Of a DNA stretch of 64,000 nt, positions 46,028 to 55,604 are shown piece by piece. The DNA lies in the NCBI GenBank assembly GCA_030747075.1, contig JASLLL010000009.1, forward strand, positions 14,148-78,147, given 5' to 3'. Origin of the DNA: Gemmatimonadota bacterium. GTDB lineage: Bacteria; ARS69. The position numbers and the translations under genes are program-made. Position 1 is the first letter of the stretch. Every line of letters starts with the position of its first letter. The notes below the pieces were generated by a model that was not told the DNA's origin, ran no database searches, and saw only the letters and a list, made by a program, of their open reading frames with translations.

Positions 46028-47835
46028 GGGCGCCGGACCTGCGTTCGTTCCTCGCGGAAGTGGATCGCGCGGGGGAGCTGCGGCGCGTGACCGCGCGGGT
46101 GGATTCGCATCTCGAAATCACGGAGATCTGCCAGCGAATCGTTCGGGAGGAAGGCCCCGCGTTGCTCTTCGAGAATGTGGAGGGGGCGGACTTTCCGCTG
46201 GCCATCAATCTGTTCGGGTCTCGGCGCAGGATTGCGATTGCCCTTGGCGGGAAGGAACCGGCGGAGGCAGGCGGGGAGCTTCTTGCGATGGCGGGGGCGT
46301 TCATGCCGCCTGAGCCGGGGAAGATCCTCCGCGCCGCTCCGCAACTCGTGCGCGCCCTGGGGATGCGGACTCGCGTGCGTCGCGGGGGGGCTGTGCGGGA
46401 GGTGGAGGAAGCGCCGGACCTCACGCGCCTGCCGGTATTGACCTGCTGGCCGGAAGACGGCGGACCGTTCGTGACCTTCCCGCTGGTCGTCACGCGCAGC
46501 CTGCGCGACGGAACTCCGAATGTCGGCATCTACCGTATGCAGGTGTTCGGGCCCGATGAGACGGGGATGCACTGGCAGATCGGCAAGGGCGGCGGGTATC
46601 ACTTCCACGACGCGGAAGGACTCGGGCGCCCGCTGCCTGTCACGGTCGCGCTGGGCGGGGATCCGCTGGTGATGATGGCGGCGATGATGCCGCTTCCGGA
46701 GGGGCTGTCCGAGTACGCGTTCGCCGGACTGTTGCGCGGGAAACCCGTGATCCTCAGCCGCAGCGGGGGGCGTGCGCCGGATGTTCCGGCCGGTGCGGAG
46801 TTTGCGCTGGAGGGCGTCGTGGAGCCGGGTGTGCGCCGCACGGAAGGTCCATTCGGCGATCACTTCGGGCACTACTCTGCCGCCGCGTCCTTCCCCGTGT
46901 TTCGTGTGACGCGAATGACGCGCCGCCGCGACGCCATCTATCCGGCGATCGTGGTCGGGAAGCCGCCACAGGAGGACGGCTTCCTCGGGAATGCCGTGCA
47001 GGAGCTCCTCGGTCCGCTCATCCGCATCCCGCACCCGGAGATCCGCGATCTCTGGAGCTGGGAAGCCACCGGGTTCCACCACCTCCTGGTGGCGTCGGCG
47101 GAGCAGCGGTTCACGCGCGAGGCCATGCGTTCGGCGTTCGGCCTTCTGGGGCAGGGGCAACTGGGTCTGACGAAGGTGCTCTTGATGGTGGGCCCGGGGG
47201 TCGATCCCCGAAACCTCGACGATGTGCTGGAAGCCATCGCCACCGACTTCGACCCGTCGCGGGACTTCATGCTTCTGCCCCGGGTTCCTTTCGACACGCT
47301 GGACTTCACCAGCACGACGATGAACCTCGGCAGCAAGATGATCCTGGACGCCACCCCGGGTCCGGGGGATGCGGACGAAGCGCGTCCGGCTCCCACGCCG
47401 GACGGACTGGCGCTCGTGCCGGATCTGACCGGCGTGGACCGGCGGATTGTCGGGCAGGCGCTTCTCGGCCGGGCGATCCTCGTGGTGCGCGTGGAGGGGG
47501 AGAACCCGCGGGAAGTTCTTGCGAAGGTGCTGGACGCGCTGCGCGGGAGCGAATCGGATGCCGACCTCGTGACTCCGCCGAAGATCGTCGCGGCCGTATC
47601 TCCCGACATTCCCGAGAACAACCGGGATCTTCTCCTGTGGGGGATCTTCACGCGCTTTGATCCCGCGCGGGATGTCTTCTTCGAAGAATCTTCGCTGCGC
47701 GGCGCGTGGCCGGTTCATCGCGGGCGGATGGCGATCGACGCGACATTCAAGACCGGCTACCCGAACCCGCTGGAAATGTCCCCGGAGGTCGTGGCGAAGG
47801 TGGATCGCCGCTGGAGGGAGTACTTTCCAGCGTAG
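46024..47835 (+). CDS. UbiD-family decarboxylase (menaquinone/futalosine-pathway decarboxylase)
   Basis: UbiD-family N-terminus (..DLRSFLAEVDRAGELRRV..LEITEI..) and length. GTG at 46024 overlaps the ubiX stop (GTGA). Confidence 0.8.
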   Translation: MRAPDLRSFLAEVDRAGELRRVTARVDSHLEITEICQRIVREEGPALLFENVEGADFPLAINLFGSRRRIAIALGGKEPAEAGGELLAMAGAFMPPEPGKILRAAPQLVRALGMRTRVRRGGAVREVEEAPDLTRLPVLTCWPEDGGPFVTFPLVVTRSLRDGTPNVGIYRMQVFGPDETGMHWQIGKGGGYHFHDAEGLGRPLPVTVALGGDPLVMMAAMMPLPEGLSEYAFAGLLRGKPVILSRSGGRAPDVPAGAEFALEGVVEPGVRRTEGPFGDHFGHYSAAASFPVFRVTRMTRRRDAIYPAIVVGKPPQEDGFLGNAVQELLGPLIRIPHPEIRDLWSWEATGFHHLLVASAEQRFTREAMRSAFGLLGQGQLGLTKVLLMVGPGVDPRNLDDVLEAIATDFDPSRDFMLLPRVPFDTLDFTSTTMNLGSKMILDATPGPGDADEARPAPTPDGLALVPDLTGVDRRIVGQALLGRAILVVRVEGENPREVLAKVLDALRGSESDADLVTPPKIVAAVSPDIPENNRDLLLWGIFTRFDPARDVFFEESSLRGAWPVHRGRMAIDATFKTGYPNPLEMSPEVVAKVDRRWREYFPA

Positions 47836-47913
47836 GCCTGCACCGGAACCGCATCGACTCCGGCAGGCCTGCGCGGTACCCTGTGACCTTCCCGCACCAG
47901 GAGAGAAGGGCCC

Positions 47914-49047
47914 ATGGTTTCCGACATCCAGGCTGATCGCTTCCAGGACCCGGCGCTGGCACGCGTTGCGGAAAAGGTGGCGTGCGGGGAGCGTCTTGAT
48001 GAAGCCGACGGCCTGGCGTGTCTCACTACCGCGGACCTCTTCGGGCTGGGGAGAATCGCGGACGCGGCGAAGCGCGCGAAGACCGGAGAGCGCGTCTACT
48101 ATGTTCTCAATCGCCAGCTGAATCCGACGAATCTCTGCATCCTGACCTGTCGGTTCTGTGACTTTGCCGCGCGCCCCGGCGACGACCATGCCTACGAACT
48201 CAGCATGGAGGAGATCCTGGCGCACGGCGGCGACGACATCGACGAGATCCATATCGTCGGCGGGCTTCATCCGAAGTGGAAGTTCGACCGGTATGTCGAG
48301 ATCACGCGCGGGATTCATGAACGATGGCCGCGGCTGCCCATCAAGGCGTGGACGGCGGTGGAGATCGACTGGTTTGCGAAGATCTCGAAGAAGCCGGTCG
48401 AGGACATCCTCCGCGAACTGAAGGCCGCGGGGCTTTCCACCATGCCCGGCGGCGGCGCGGAGGTCTTCTCCGAGAGGATTCGCGCGGAGCTTTATCCCCG
48501 GAAGATGGGACACGAACGGTGGTTCGAGATTCATCGCGTCGCGCATTCGATGGGCATCCGCTCCAATGCCACGCTTCTGTACGGACACATCGAAACGCTT
48601 CCGGAACGCGTCTCGCATATGCTGCAACTCCGTAGCCTTCAGGACGAGACGCACGGGTTCCACTCCTTCATCCCGCTGGAGTATCAGGTCGGGAACTCGA
48701 AGCTTGTCGAGCGGGGCGCGTCCGCACCGGACGGCCTCCGCACCATCGCCACCGCACGGCTCCTGCTGGACAACATCGACCATGTGAAGGCGTACTGGGT
48801 CATGCTCGGTGAGGAGACGGCGTCCGCCGCGCTGAACTTCGGCGCCGACGACATGGACGGGACCATCGACGAGGAACGCGTCGCCCACTCTGCGCTTGCG
48901 GACTCGCCGGTCGGACTCACGGAGCTGCGAATCCGGCAACTGATCCGGGAAGCCGGAAAGATCCCCACGAGGAGGAATGCACACTACGATGTCCTCGAAA
49001 CCAAGGACCAGACTGACGCTGGCGCTCATTCCGTATCTCAACTGTGA
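47914..49047 (+). CDS. mqnE: Radical SAM menaquinone-biosynthesis enzyme, MqnE/MqnC family (probably aminodeoxyfutalosine synthase MqnE, given its position upstream of mqnA)
   Basis: CILTCRFCDF radical-SAM cluster motif and the N-terminal ..GERLDEADGL.. block typical of MqnC/MqnE/CofH-like enzymes. The E-versus-C assignment is tentative. Confidence 0.7.
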   Translation: MVSDIQADRFQDPALARVAEKVACGERLDEADGLACLTTADLFGLGRIADAAKRAKTGERVYYVLNRQLNPTNLCILTCRFCDFAARPGDDHAYELSMEEILAHGGDDIDEIHIVGGLHPKWKFDRYVEITRGIHERWPRLPIKAWTAVEIDWFAKISKKPVEDILRELKAAGLSTMPGGGAEVFSERIRAELYPRKMGHERWFEIHRVAHSMGIRSNATLLYGHIETLPERVSHMLQLRSLQDETHGFHSFIPLEYQVGNSKLVERGASAPDGLRTIATARLLLDNIDHVKAYWVMLGEETASAALNFGADDMDGTIDEERVAHSALADSPVGLTELRIRQLIREAGKIPTRRNAHYDVLETKDQTDAGAHSVSQL

Positions 49048-49777
49048 ACCCTTCTACGGGGGGATCGGTGAACTCGGATACGACATCGTGAGGGAACCTC
49101 CCCGCGAACTCGGGCGAATGGCTCGCGAGGAGGATCTCACCTGCGGCCCGATGGCGGTCGCGGATCTGTTTCGTCTGGAAAGTCGCTACGAACCGCTCGG
49201 AGACTTCGGGATCTCCTGCGAAGGCCCCGCGCATTCGGTGCTGCTCTTCTCGCGCACGGAGATCGGAGACCTCTCCGGTGCCCGCATCGGCCTCACTGCG
49301 GAGAGTTCCACTTCGGTGCAACTCCTCCGGCTCGTCCTGGAGTGCAAGTACGAACTGACGGACATCGACTTCATTCGCGGCAAGTCCGAGGACGATGTCG
49401 CCCGGCTGCTGATCGGGGACGAAGCTCTCGTGGCAGCATGCGACGGTGGTTCGGAGTTCCCGTTCGTCTACGATCTCGGAGAGGAGTGGCACGGCTGGCA
49501 GGCGCTTCCCTTCGTGTTCGCGCGGTGGGCGGTTTCCCGCAAGGTGGCGGAGGAAGACCGGCGGAGAGTGACGGACAGCCTGGAGGAATCGCTGGCCGGG
49601 TGGAAGCTCCGCATTCCGGAAATCGCGGCGCGTTGCGGCGCGGCGTTTGGACTGAACGCGGCGGGGGTTCTGCGTTATCTGGAGACCTTCCGTTATCGAC
49701 TCGGGCCCGTGGAGAGCCTCGGCGAGAACCAGTTTCGCGAGATGCTGAGCGGCCTCCCGGTCGGCGGCCCGGGATAG
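48989..49777 (+). CDS. mqnA: Chorismate dehydratase MqnA (futalosine pathway)
   Basis: ..RLTLALIPYLNCEPFY.. N-terminus and the PBP-like fold characteristic of MqnA. Overlaps the upstream gene by ~60 nt. Confidence 0.75.
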   Translation: MSSKPRTRLTLALIPYLNCEPFYGGIGELGYDIVREPPRELGRMAREEDLTCGPMAVADLFRLESRYEPLGDFGISCEGPAHSVLLFSRTEIGDLSGARIGLTAESSTSVQLLRLVLECKYELTDIDFIRGKSEDDVARLLIGDEALVAACDGGSEFPFVYDLGEEWHGWQALPFVFARWAVSRKVAEEDRRRVTDSLEESLAGWKLRIPEIAARCGAAFGLNAAGVLRYLETFRYRLGPVESLGENQFREMLSGLPVGGPG

Positions 49778-49781
49778 AGCG

Positions 49782-50906
49782 ATGAGCAGCACTCTCCGAC
49801 AGAAGACGCACATCCCGCGCGGCGACTCCGTGCGCTTCGCCGAAGTGGAGAGGCGCGTTCTTGCTGGAGACCGGCTGGACGCGGCGTCCGCGCTTTTCCT
49901 CTTGCGCGACGCGCGCCTCGGGGATCTTGGATCGCTGGCGCACGAGATGCGCGGCCGTCGCGTTCCCGGGAACGCGGTCACCTTCGTCATCGACACGAAC
50001 CCGAACTACACGAACGCGTGCGAGACCGACTGCCTCTTCTGTGCGTTCTATCGGAAACCGGGACACGAGGAAGCGTATCGGCACCCGGTGGAGCGAATCG
50101 TGGAGAGGGTGGGGCGCGCGGTTGAGCGCGGCGCCACCACGGCCCTTCTGCAGGGTGGGCACAATCCGGAGATTCCGTACGAGTACTACCCGGAAGTCGT
50201 ACGCGCTTTGACGGACGCGTACCCCGGGTTGTGTACGCATCTGTGGAGTCCTTCGGAGATCACGATGATGGCGAAGGTCTCGGGGCACACTGTACGGCGG
50301 GTTCTGGAGGATCTCTGGGAGGCCGGGCAGCGCACCATCCCCGGAGGGGGCGCGGAGATTCTTGTGGAGCGGGTGCGGAAGCGCATCAGTCCTAAAAAGC
50401 CCACCTCGGACAGCTGGCTGGGCGTCATGCGAGAGGCGCACCACATCGGTTACCGAACCACCGCGACGATGATGTACGGCCATGTCGAGACGGACGAGGA
50501 GATCATCGAACACCTGTTGAAGCTGCGGGACCTTCAACACGAGACGGGCGGGTTCACCGCGTTCATTCCGTGGAGCTTCAAGCCGGGGAATACGCTGCTT
50601 CGCAAGTGGGTGCCGGAGGGAGCGGGGCCTGTCCGGTATCTTCGGATCATCGCGGTCGCGCGTCTCGTCCTGGACAACTTCGACCACATTCAGGCGAGCT
50701 GGTTCTCCGAAGGGCAGAAGGTGGGGCAGATCGCGCTGCACTGCGGCGGCGACGATTTCGGCGGTACCCTCATCGAGGAGAATGTGCTGCGGCTGGCGGA
50801 TCATCACAACAGGGCGACCACACCCGACTGCGTGGAGCTCATCCGGGACGCGGGCTTCGATCCCGTGCAGAGAACCACGCTGTACGAGCGCGTGAAGGAC
50901 TGGTAG
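49782..50906 (+). CDS. mqnC: Radical SAM menaquinone-biosynthesis enzyme, MqnC/MqnE family (probably cyclic dehypoxanthine-futalosine synthase MqnC)
   Basis: NYTNACETDCLFCAFYRKP cluster motif. Paralogous to 47914..49047. The C-versus-E assignment is tentative. Confidence 0.7.
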   Translation: MSSTLRQKTHIPRGDSVRFAEVERRVLAGDRLDAASALFLLRDARLGDLGSLAHEMRGRRVPGNAVTFVIDTNPNYTNACETDCLFCAFYRKPGHEEAYRHPVERIVERVGRAVERGATTALLQGGHNPEIPYEYYPEVVRALTDAYPGLCTHLWSPSEITMMAKVSGHTVRRVLEDLWEAGQRTIPGGGAEILVERVRKRISPKKPTSDSWLGVMREAHHIGYRTTATMMYGHVETDEEIIEHLLKLRDLQHETGGFTAFIPWSFKPGNTLLRKWVPEGAGPVRYLRIIAVARLVLDNFDHIQASWFSEGQKVGQIALHCGGDDFGGTLIEENVLRLADHHNRATTPDCVELIRDAGFDPVQRTTLYERVKDW

Positions 50907-50908
50907 CC

Positions 50909-51625
50909 GTGCCGCGCAAAGGGGCGACGCCTCCAGAGAACCGGGTGACGGTCTGGTGCGCGGATCTGGACGGAGAAGCTGCGCGGAGGGTGTCCGGCGC
51001 CGGGCTTCTCTCGGCAGAGGAACGCCGGCGGGCGGGGCGGTTTGCCGGTGTGAAGGGGCGTCGGCGGTGGATCGCCGCGCGGTCGATTCTGCGTGCCATT
51101 CTGGGCGAGCGACTCGAAGTGGACCCGGCGGACCTCCGTCTGGAATCGGGGACGCACGGGCGACCATTTCTGGCGGACTCGCCCGACCCCGCGCTCGACT
51201 TCAACCTCTCGCATTCGGGTTCCCTTCTGTTGGTGGCGCTGGGGCGGCCCGGTCCGATTGGTGTGGACATCGAACGCGTACGGTCGGGAAGCGCGGCGGA
51301 GCGGGTCGCCCGGCGGCACTTTCCCGAGGCGGAGGCGGTGGCACTCTCCGCCCTCCCCGAGGCCCGGAGGGCGCGTGCGTTCCACCGTGCATGGGCGGCC
51401 CGTGAGGCGTGGGTGAAGGCACGCGGGGAGCGGATCCTCCGCCATCTTTCACGCGTGGAAGTCCGTGTGGACCCGGACGCGTCCCCGGCATTCCTCTCGG
51501 TGGACGGGTGCCCGAATGCTGCCGCCGGGTGGCATCTGGAGGAAGTGCCGGTCGGAGAAGAGTATGCGGCGGTCGTCGCTCGGGAGGGGCTTCCGCCCGC
51601 GTCCTTCGTCATCGAGTGGGCGTGA
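50909..51625 (+). CDS. 4'-phosphopantetheinyl transferase (Sfp/EntD type)
   Basis: ..FNLSHSGSLLLVAL.., ..IGVDIERV.. and ..WAAREAWVKARG.. PPTase motifs. GTG start 2 nt after the upstream stop. Confidence 0.75.
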   Translation: MPRKGATPPENRVTVWCADLDGEAARRVSGAGLLSAEERRRAGRFAGVKGRRRWIAARSILRAILGERLEVDPADLRLESGTHGRPFLADSPDPALDFNLSHSGSLLLVALGRPGPIGVDIERVRSGSAAERVARRHFPEAEAVALSALPEARRARAFHRAWAAREAWVKARGERILRHLSRVEVRVDPDASPAFLSVDGCPNAAAGWHLEEVPVGEEYAAVVAREGLPPASFVIEWA

Positions 51626-51796
51626 CCCGCGACCGCCATCACGCAAAGAGGCCCGCCGTCAAACACGCCCCCCGGACGCGCCCGTGCCGATGACCCGGCT
51701 CATTCCGAAGTTGACGGGAGAGCCGTCAGTTCCGTGACTCACGCCCCAAAAGACACGGCGCGGGACCGGGTCAAAGACCGACGACGGATGGGTCCT

Positions 51797-54028
51797 CTAC
51801 TCGCCCGCGATCCGGATCCTGGCGTCCACGATCCGGCAGGAATCCGCTTCCGGGGAGACCAGAAACGGGTTCAGGTCGATCTCGGCCACTTCCGGAAGGT
51901 CCCCCACCAGCGCCGACAGGCGAAGCAGCGCGTCGTGAAGCACCGGCAGCGCAACGGATTCCTCGCCTCGAACGCCGGTCAGCAATGCATAGCCGCGGAT
52001 TGACTCCACCATTTCCCCCGCCTCCACATCGGTGATGGGGTGGACGCGGAGTGTGACATCCTGCATGACCTCGACATACTTTCCGCCCAGGCCGAACAGG
52101 AGCACCGGGCCGATCGCGGGGTCCGTGCTCATCCCCAGAATGACCTCTCGTGACGCCGTCTCCTGATGCTGCACGAGGCACCCTTCCTCCGCGGGGTCCA
52201 GCCCCAGCTCTTCCATGGCACGGCGAATGCGCGCGAAGGCGCCTTCCATCTCCAGCGGGTTGCGGATGCCGAGGACCACTCCCCCGACATCCGACTTGTG
52301 GACGATCTTGCGGCCAGCCACCTTGAGAACCGCCGGATAGCCGAGTTCGTTGGAGGCGGTGACGGCTTCCTCTACCGTGGTGACGCGCCGCCACGGCGAC
52401 AGTGGGAACCCGTATGCGCCAAGCAGCCGGAAGGCGGCGTCCGGATCCAGATACTCACCGGGCGTCCCTTCTTCTTCCACGATGCGCCTTGCCGCGCCGC
52501 GATCCGCGTCGATCACGGGGATGCGGCCGGGATCACGACGCGTCCACTTCACATGGTTCCACATTTCCGCGGCGGTGCGCGCGGCTTCTTCCGGGTATCG
52601 ATAGAGGGGGGGCGCGTCGGGGATCTCGCCCGGAATCCGGCGGTAGTAGTGCTCCTCCGCCATCAGCACCATGAAGATGGGCTTCTTCGAACCGCGCGCC
52701 GACTCCGCGATGTGCCTCATCACTTCCATGGGGTTGATCATGACCGGCGGCACAAAGCCGACAATGATCTGGTCCACCTCATCGCATTCGATCAGTACCT
52801 TGAGGCAGTGCCCGTAGTTCTCCGCCGTGGCGCCGGCGATCATATCCACGGGGTTGGTGGTCGTCGCTTCCGGCGGCAGCTTCTCCCGAAGCTGCGCCTG
52901 CGTCTCTTCGGGCAGCGCCGCCACCGAGAGGCCGTGGCCGATGAGGGCATCGGTCGCCATGATGCCGGGTCCGCCCGCGTTCGTGAGGATGGCGACACGC
53001 GGTCCCTCCGGCAGCGGACACTTCGTGAAGCCGAGAATCATGGCCAGCATGTCCCCGATGGCTCGCGCGCGGATGACGCCGGTCTGCCGCAGGAGCGCGT
53101 CGGTCGCGTTGTCGAGTCCGGCGAGCGCGCCTGTGTGCGACGACGCCGCCCGCGCTCCGGCGGCGGTTCTCCCCGACTTCACCATGATGATCGGCTTCTG
53201 TCGGGTCACTCGCCGCGCGAGTCCGAGGAAGCGTCGCGGATCCCCGAAGCTCTCGATGTACAGCCCGATGACCTGCGTTGCGGGATCGTCCTCCCAGTAT
53301 TCGATGAGCGCATTCCCCGCGACATCCACCTTGTTCCCGATGGACGCGAACTGCGAGAACCCGACGCCCAGGTTCTGCATCTCCGTCCAGATGGCGATCC
53401 CCAGCGCACCACTTTGCGAGACGAAACCGACCTTCCCGTTCCCGGGAATCCCGGGCGCAAAGGTGGCGTTGAGGGAGACGGCCGGATCCGCGTTGAACAC
53501 GCCCAGGCAGTTCGGGCCGACGAGGCGCATCTTGTACCGGAGGGCGATCTTGCGAAGCGCTTCCTCTCTCGCCAGGCCTTCTTCACCGGTCTCACGGAAG
53601 CCCGCGGTGACGACCACCAGTCCCTTCACGCCCTTCCGGCCGCACTCGTCCGCGACTGCGTTGACGGCGGCTGCCGGGATGACAAGGATGGCCAGGTCTA
53701 CCGGGTCCGGGATGTCGAGAATGGACGGGTACGCCTTGATCGAGTGGATGAACTCCGCCTTCGGGTTCACCGGGAAGAGCTTCCCCCGAAAGTCCCCGAC
53801 GATCAGGTTGTGGACCATCTCCCGCCCGATGGACCCGGGGCGCGTCGAGGCACCGATGACAGCGACCGACCGGGGCCGGAAGATGGCGTCCAGCGTGGAG
53901 GGGTCAGGCCTCTCCCGGTCGGCTGGCTGCGCCGTCTGCGTGGCGTCGGGCGTGGTAGCTGCTTCGGACGAGCGGTCCGGATTCGACGAAGCGGAATCCA
54001 AGGTCTTCTGCCTCCTCGCGGATTTCAT
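51797..54028 (-). CDS. Acetyl-CoA synthetase (ADP-forming), fused alpha/beta (NDP-forming acyl-CoA synthetase family)
   Basis: CoA-binding N-terminus (..RSVAVIGASTRPGSIG..), succinyl-CoA-synthetase-like ligase domain with the His loop (..SSHTGALAG..), and ATP-grasp C-terminal half. The annotated 5' end overlaps the lipA 3' end by ~125 nt, so the start is uncertain. Confidence 0.8.
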   Translation of the reverse strand: MKSARRQKTLDSASSNPDRSSEAATTPDATQTAQPADRERPDPSTLDAIFRPRSVAVIGASTRPGSIGREMVHNLIVGDFRGKLFPVNPKAEFIHSIKAYPSILDIPDPVDLAILVIPAAAVNAVADECGRKGVKGLVVVTAGFRETGEEGLAREEALRKIALRYKMRLVGPNCLGVFNADPAVSLNATFAPGIPGNGKVGFVSQSGALGIAIWTEMQNLGVGFSQFASIGNKVDVAGNALIEYWEDDPATQVIGLYIESFGDPRRFLGLARRVTRQKPIIMVKSGRTAAGARAASSHTGALAGLDNATDALLRQTGVIRARAIGDMLAMILGFTKCPLPEGPRVAILTNAGGPGIMATDALIGHGLSVAALPEETQAQLREKLPPEATTTNPVDMIAGATAENYGHCLKVLIECDEVDQIIVGFVPPVMINPMEVMRHIAESARGSKKPIFMVLMAEEHYYRRIPGEIPDAPPLYRYPEEAARTAAEMWNHVKWTRRDPGRIPVIDADRGAARRIVEEEGTPGEYLDPDAAFRLLGAYGFPLSPWRRVTTVEEAVTASNELGYPAVLKVAGRKIVHKSDVGGVVLGIRNPLEMEGAFARIRRAMEELGLDPAEEGCLVQHQETASREVILGMSTDPAIGPVLLFGLGGKYVEVMQDVTLRVHPITDVEAGEMVESIRGYALLTGVRGEESVALPVLHDALLRLSALVGDLPEVAEIDLNPFLVSPEADSCRIVDARIRIAGE

Positions 54029-54878
54029 CGAACTCCGCAGGCGTGTAGTACTTCTCGACCCCGAGGTGCTCCGGGGAGGGACTCAGATACTGACCTATCG
54101 TCACAATGTCAACGCCCGAGGAGCGGAGATCCGCCAAGGCGTGCAGGAGCTCGCCTGTGGTTTCACCCAGGCCGACCATCATGCCGGACTTGGTGAGCAA
54201 CCCGCTCTCCCGGTGTTGCCCCGCGCGGGCCAGCAGGTCCAGTGAACGCCGATAGATCGCACGCGGGCGCACGCGCCGGTAGAGTCGCTCGACGGTCTCC
54301 AGGTTGTGATTGAGGATGTCGGGGTTCGCATCGAGGACGATGTCGAGTGCATTTTGATTTCCGTCGAAGTCCGGGATCAGCACCTCCGTCCGGCACTCGG
54401 GGTTTCGCTGCCGGATGAGGCGAATGGTCTCCGCGAAGTGCGCGGCACCTCCGTCCGGCAAGTCGTCGCGGTTGACGCTGGTGATGACGGCGTGCGCCAG
54501 TTCGAGATGGGCCACCGCTGCGGCGACATTCCCGGGTTCCTCCGCGTCCGGCCGCTGAGGATCGCCCTTTCCGACGGCGCAAAACGAACAGTACCGCGTG
54601 CAGATATCGCCCAGGACCATGAAGGTGGCCGTGCGATCCTCCCAGCACTCGTAGATGTTGGGGCAGCGCGCCTCCTGACACACCGTGTGGAGATGGAGTC
54701 CGTCGACGAGCTTTCGTACATCTCGAAACTCCCGTCCCGTGGCCATCCGCACCTTGAGCCATTCCGGCCGTCGCGGTTCATCCCGGCGTCGGCCGCGCAC
54801 CCGGGGGAGCGTGCCGGTCTGTCCGCCGTCCGCGAGCGGGAAGGGTCCGGGCGTTCCCGCGGGAGGCTTGCGCGTCAC
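53904..54878 (-). CDS. lipA: Lipoyl synthase LipA
   Basis: CQEARCPNIYEC and CTRYCSFCAV clusters. GTG start overlaps the lipB stop (GTGA). The long upstream in-frame extension in the track is rejected. Confidence 0.85.
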   Translation of the reverse strand: MTRKPPAGTPGPFPLADGGQTGTLPRVRGRRRDEPRRPEWLKVRMATGREFRDVRKLVDGLHLHTVCQEARCPNIYECWEDRTATFMVLGDICTRYCSFCAVGKGDPQRPDAEEPGNVAAAVAHLELAHAVITSVNRDDLPDGGAAHFAETIRLIRQRNPECRTEVLIPDFDGNQNALDIVLDANPDILNHNLETVERLYRRVRPRAIYRRSLDLLARAGQHRESGLLTKSGMMVGLGETTGELLHALADLRSSGVDIVTIGQYLSPSPEHLGVEKYYTPAEFDEIREEAEDLGFRFVESGPLVRSSYHARRHADGAASRPGEA

Positions 54879-55591
54879 GAGAGAACCTCCCTGGCGGCGG
54901 GGGCGTTCCACGAAAGCGAGGGCGGGGGGGCGGTCCGGCAGACGGCGTCGCGGTCGAGGACTTCCGCCAGTTCCCGTGCGAGGACATCGCGGACTTCCCG
55001 GACGGCGACCTCTCGCTCCAGCACACGGGAGAGGCTGGTGACGCCGCGATGGCGAATGCCGCACGGCACGATGTGATCGTACGGGCGCAGATCCGTGGCC
55101 ACATTGAACGCGAGTCCGTGCGTCGTGACCCATCGCGAAATCCTAACGCCGATGGCTGCAATCTTGAGATCCCCGACCCAGACCCCCGTGAGTCCCGGAA
55201 TGCGTCCCGCCGTCACGCCCAACCCGGCCAGCGTGCGCAGGACGGCCTCTTCCAGGTCGCGGACGAAGCGTCGCACATCGCGCCGGTCGGGATGGAGGTT
55301 CACCACCGGGTACGCGACGACCTGCCCGGGACCGTGGTAGGTGACATCCCCGCCGCGGCCCGTCCGGTGGAACGCAATGCCGTGTTCCCGAAGGCCCTCC
55401 GGCGTGGCGAGCAGATGCTTCTCCACGCGCGCGTTCCGGCCCGCTGTCACGACAGGCGGATGCTCCAGCACGAAGAGCTGATCGGGGACGCTTCCGGCAA
55501 GGACCGCGTGTCGCGCGGAGTCCATGAGATCCAACCCGTCCTTGTAGGGAACGAGTCCCAGTTGCGTGATCTCCAGCGTCCGTCGGTCCAT
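54875..55591 (-). CDS. lipB: Octanoyltransferase LipB
   Basis: ..RGGDVTYHGPGQ.. and ..KIAAIGVR.. LipB motifs, 238 aa. Confidence 0.85.
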   Translation of the reverse strand: MDRRTLEITQLGLVPYKDGLDLMDSARHAVLAGSVPDQLFVLEHPPVVTAGRNARVEKHLLATPEGLREHGIAFHRTGRGGDVTYHGPGQVVAYPVVNLHPDRRDVRRFVRDLEEAVLRTLAGLGVTAGRIPGLTGVWVGDLKIAAIGVRISRWVTTHGLAFNVATDLRPYDHIVPCGIRHRGVTSLSRVLEREVAVREVRDVLARELAEVLDRDAVCRTAPPPSLSWNAPAAREVLS

Positions 55592-55604
55592 TGCGTCTCC
55601 GGCG

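Noticed and set aside
47945-47960. TGGCACGCGTTGC sigma-54-like motif
   Set aside because: The GG-GC spacing is 2 nt too short, and it lies inside the mqnE coding region.
53904-55133. Long N-terminal extension of lipA (409-aa ORF in the track)
   Set aside because: The first ~85 residues are Arg/Pro-rich and overlap lipB. A GTG start coupled to the lipB stop gives a normal-length LipA.
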